Source: Octopus sinensis (Eukaryota). Taken from it: DNA of 10,345 nt. Under the pieces are notes generated by a model that was not told the origin of the DNA, searched no databases, and saw nothing but the letters and a program-made list of their open reading frames with translations. The stretch covers positions 1-10,345 of the forward strand of contig NW_021827440.1 in NCBI RefSeq assembly GCF_006345805.1, read 5' to 3'. Made by a program: the position numbers and the translations under genes. Of this stretch, positions 7,455 through 10,345 are shown piece by piece (the stretch's first letter is position 1; each line of letters begins with the position of its first letter).

Positions 7455-7645
7455 TGTTTAACCCACTAGGTTAATCCAGACAGAGCAAACCAACGATTAA
7501 AATTTGTCCAATCGTGACCATCCTGTCTTAAATTTTGTTTTTGCTTTCCTTTTGTAATACAGCAGAGTGTAATGCAGTGTTTAGTTTGACTGAGATTTAT
7601 CTGCTATTTCCAGCAGGGCGGTCGACCAGTTAGAGGATCACTTCT
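7455..7645 (+). mobile_element. Diverged copy of the unclassified dispersed repeat
   Basis: Motifs shared with 800-965 (-) and 4880-5020 (+), as listed for the 800-965 copy. Confidence 0.45.
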
Positions 7646-7726
7646 GCACGTTTGTTTGACATAGAAACATCGAACAAGCCAATCATCCAGCCAGAGAGTC
7701 GACAAACAGACAAATGCATTTCTGAG

Positions 7727-7760
7727 CATACACACACGCACGCACACACACACAAAACGC

Positions 7761-7792
<32 letters not shown>

Positions 7793-7813
7793 ACAAACAC
7801 TCACAAAACCACA

Positions 7814-7863
<50 letters not shown>

Positions 7864-8290
7864 CTCACGCAAACACACATACATATACATATGCATACAC
7901 ACTCACAAACACAGATATACAGGCGCACACACATGCACCCACACACAAACATACAAAAATCCCAAACAATTACTCACACAAACATGCACGTACACACACA
8001 AACACACACACACTCACTCACAGACACTCATACAAACACACACATAAACAAACATATACACACAAACACATACATATACACATGCATACACACTCACACA
8101 CACAAATACACACGCACACACACATGCACGCACACGCACAAACACACACACACACTCACTCACACACACACTCACTCACACACACACTTACTCACACACA
8201 CACTTACTCACACACACTCACTCACACACACACTCACTCACACACACACTTACTCACACACACATACAAACACACACACACACACACACA
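7727..8290. repeat. Long degenerate (CA)n tract with CACT/CAAA/CATA variants
   Basis: About 560 bp dominated by CA. It explains the HT-rich and VC-rich ORFs. Confidence 0.96.
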
Positions 8291-8637
8291 GAATCATACG
8301 CTGAGAAAAATTCAATAATATTTCTGGTGTAGTCACAAAAACATGGCGACGACGTATATGCGCAAATGCGCAGCCAAGGAACGTGTATTACGACGTAAAA
8401 TGAATTTATTGACAGCAGAATTTTGCAAGAAATAAAGTGTCCAAGAGCTTATTTAGCTTATTTATTCCACCTGTGTAGTTCTTAAGAAGGAACAGTGATT
8501 TAGTCAACCGGAAATTTAGAAGCCAGGAATTACCAAAACGTGAAAAGAGAAAACCAAAAACAACAACAAAAAACGAAATTACCATGGATTCACATTCACT
8601 GTCTTTCTTTGTCGTCTGCTTGTCAATGGACATTGAA

Positions 8638-8701
8638 TGTGTGTGTGTGTGTGTGTATGTGAGTGAGTGAGTGAGTACGTTGTGTATACGTATGTGTGTG
8701 C

Positions 8702-8751
<50 letters not shown>

Positions 8752-8767
8752 GTATATGTATGTGTGT
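8638..8767. repeat. (GT)n-(GAGT)n-(AT)n-(GTAT)n compound microsatellite
   Basis: Directly visible runs. Confidence 0.93.
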
Positions 8768-9359
8768 CATTATTCAGTCTATTTCAAGATTTCTTGTCAA
8801 TAGAGAAAGAACTGGTTTCTAACCTAGAGCCAAGGCTCCTCCATTGGAATCAACAACAGGGTATGTATGTCACTCTCTCTCCCTCCCTCCCTCCTCCTCC
8901 TTCACTCACGTGGCTGCTACGTAACCATCGGCCATTTTTCTTTTTCTAACTTGTATTTCTTTCTTTCTCTCCGTTGTAGCTAGAACAAGAAAGACGTATT
9001 CTTGTTTGTCTCCTGTCCTAGCTTGATTTACGCGTTCGCCACTACAACCTCGTTTAGGCTTATCAGCTCTTCCTGTTTGTCTTTACTGTCCTGTTTGTGT
9101 TACCTATTTTGACCCTCCGCAAAATCCCAAATTTTATTTAATTTGCTTTGCAGGAGCAAGTGTTTTATCGAAAGCGTATATTGCTGTCAAATGCTCGAAA
9201 TACGAGACTTGAAAAACAGCCAACAATTGATGAAGGGTCGTTCTTTATGTTTGTTTTGTTTTCCATTTGTGTCTTTCGTTGTTCGAAAGAATAGTTCATA
9301 TTCCACGTATTCGTGTTTCGTACTTTTTGTTGTACACGCTCCATGACGTCCTGTGCCCA

Positions 9360-9520
9360 CATATGCTTATATATATACGTATAGATGTAAGTATCTACAT
9401 ATACGTATGTATATATGCATATATATATCTATTAATTATATTATGTGTGCATGTATGTACTTATGCATGTATGTATGTATGTATGTATGTATGTAAGTAT
9501 GCACGTGTGTGTGTATGAGC
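9360..9520. repeat. (AT)/(GTAT)n compound microsatellite
   Basis: Directly visible runs. Confidence 0.88.
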
Positions 9521-9614
9521 ACGTAAACGAGTGTTAGTTAGTGCTGAAAAGAGTACTTTTGCATGTGGCTGTTCGGATGTATGCGTGTGTGTGTGTATGA
9601 GTAGTGTTTGTATA

Positions 9615-9661
9615 TTCTTTTACTTGTTTCAATCCGTGGACTGCGGCCATGCTGGAGCACT
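9615..9661 (-). mobile_element. 3' tip of the second SINE-like family
   Basis: CTTTTACTTGTTTCAATCCGTGGACTGCGGCCATGCTGGAGCAC matches the reverse complement of the 3' end of the 7275-7424 copy at 39/44. Confidence 0.75.
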
Positions 9662-9696
9662 GGTGAGAGTATTTTTGCGTCTATGGTTATATTAGC

Positions 9697-10263
9697 GTGA
9701 GCGTATGTGTGTGTGCGTGCGTGTGCGTGTGTGCATGTGAGAAACTTAATGTTCGTGTGCGTCTGTCTCTCTTTCTCCCTTTCCTTCCCTCTTTCTCTCT
9801 CTGTCTTTCTTCACTCCTCTCCGTCTCACTCTTTCCCTTCCCCTTCTCTCTCACTATTTCTTCCTTCTTTCTCTCTCTCTCTCAATTTCTCACTCTCATT
9901 CTCTCTTACACTCCTTTCTCTTTCTCTTTCTCCCTCTCTCTCTCTCTCTCTTCCTCTCCTCTATCTCTCTCTTTGTATGTGTGAATACATATTTGTGAGT
10001 GTGTACGAATACATGTGTGCGTATGTGTTGTGCGTCATTGCGTTCGAGTGCATGTGTGTTTATTTTGCGTGTGCATTTGGGCATGAATGGTAGCGAGTGT
10101 GTATGTTTATATGCATCTATAACAGGCCCTTCGTCGGTTACGTGTATTTGCGTGTATGTGTGCATGTGTGTGTGTGTGAGTGATTGAATGAGTGAGTGAG
10201 TACGTTGTGTATACGTATGTATATATGAGTGTCTGTATGTGCGTATATATATATAAATATGTA

Positions 10264-10344
<81 letters not shown>

Positions 10345-10345
10345 A
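9697..10345. repeat. (GT)-rich, (CT)-rich and (AT)n microsatellite cluster
   Basis: GT/GC dinucleotides at 9697-9740, a pyrimidine tract at about 9762-9975, degenerate GT to about 10250, and a near-perfect (AT)n at about 10272-10342. Confidence 0.92.

Noticed and set aside
7604-8318. Overlapping HT-rich and VC-rich ORFs
   Set aside because: Translations of the (CA)n tract.
9130-9245. Strong-looking acceptor TTTGCTTTGCAG|G (exon start 9153) with frame EQVFYRKRILLSNARNTRLEKQPTIDE
   Set aside because: The only nearby donor is weak (GG|GTCGTT), no protein family is recognised, and the region resembles a retroelement-derived repeat.
9190-9320. Hammerhead-like words (CGAAA at ~9196, TTGATGAAG at ~9226, CGAAA at ~9284), as seen in Penelope-like element termini
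   Set aside because: The core CUGAUGA is mutated to UUGAUGA, and I could not build stems I-III in any permutation. A covariance-model search would be needed.
1-10345. CRISPR array or prokaryotic operon
   Set aside because: No regularly spaced repeats with unique spacers and no gene-dense organisation. The sequence is eukaryotic repeat-rich DNA.

Overview
Repeat-dense, non-coding eukaryotic DNA with no supportable host gene, RNA gene or CRISPR array. The SINE families and microsatellite load suggest an octopus/cephalopod genome (inference from recalled repeat families, not a search). About 40% is simple repeat: (GAT/GAA)n, (TATC)n, (CA)n, (CT)n and (AT)n. These explain nearly all long ORFs in the supplied track. 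The rest is decayed mobile elements: four copies of one tRNA-like SINE family with three different 3' tails; two 3' pieces of a second SINE-like family; the 3' end of an R4-clade (Dong/Rex6-like) LINE ending in (AAT)8; an RTE-clade LINE fragment; a 431-bp TIR element carrying TTAGGG repeats; and a possible very decayed second RTE piece. The best-supported unusual structure is an 871-bp mariner derivative built from two inverted 5' ends. It is flanked by TA, and its flanks rejoin into one RTE reading frame, so it appears to have inserted as a single unit. I found no convincing new protein-coding system.
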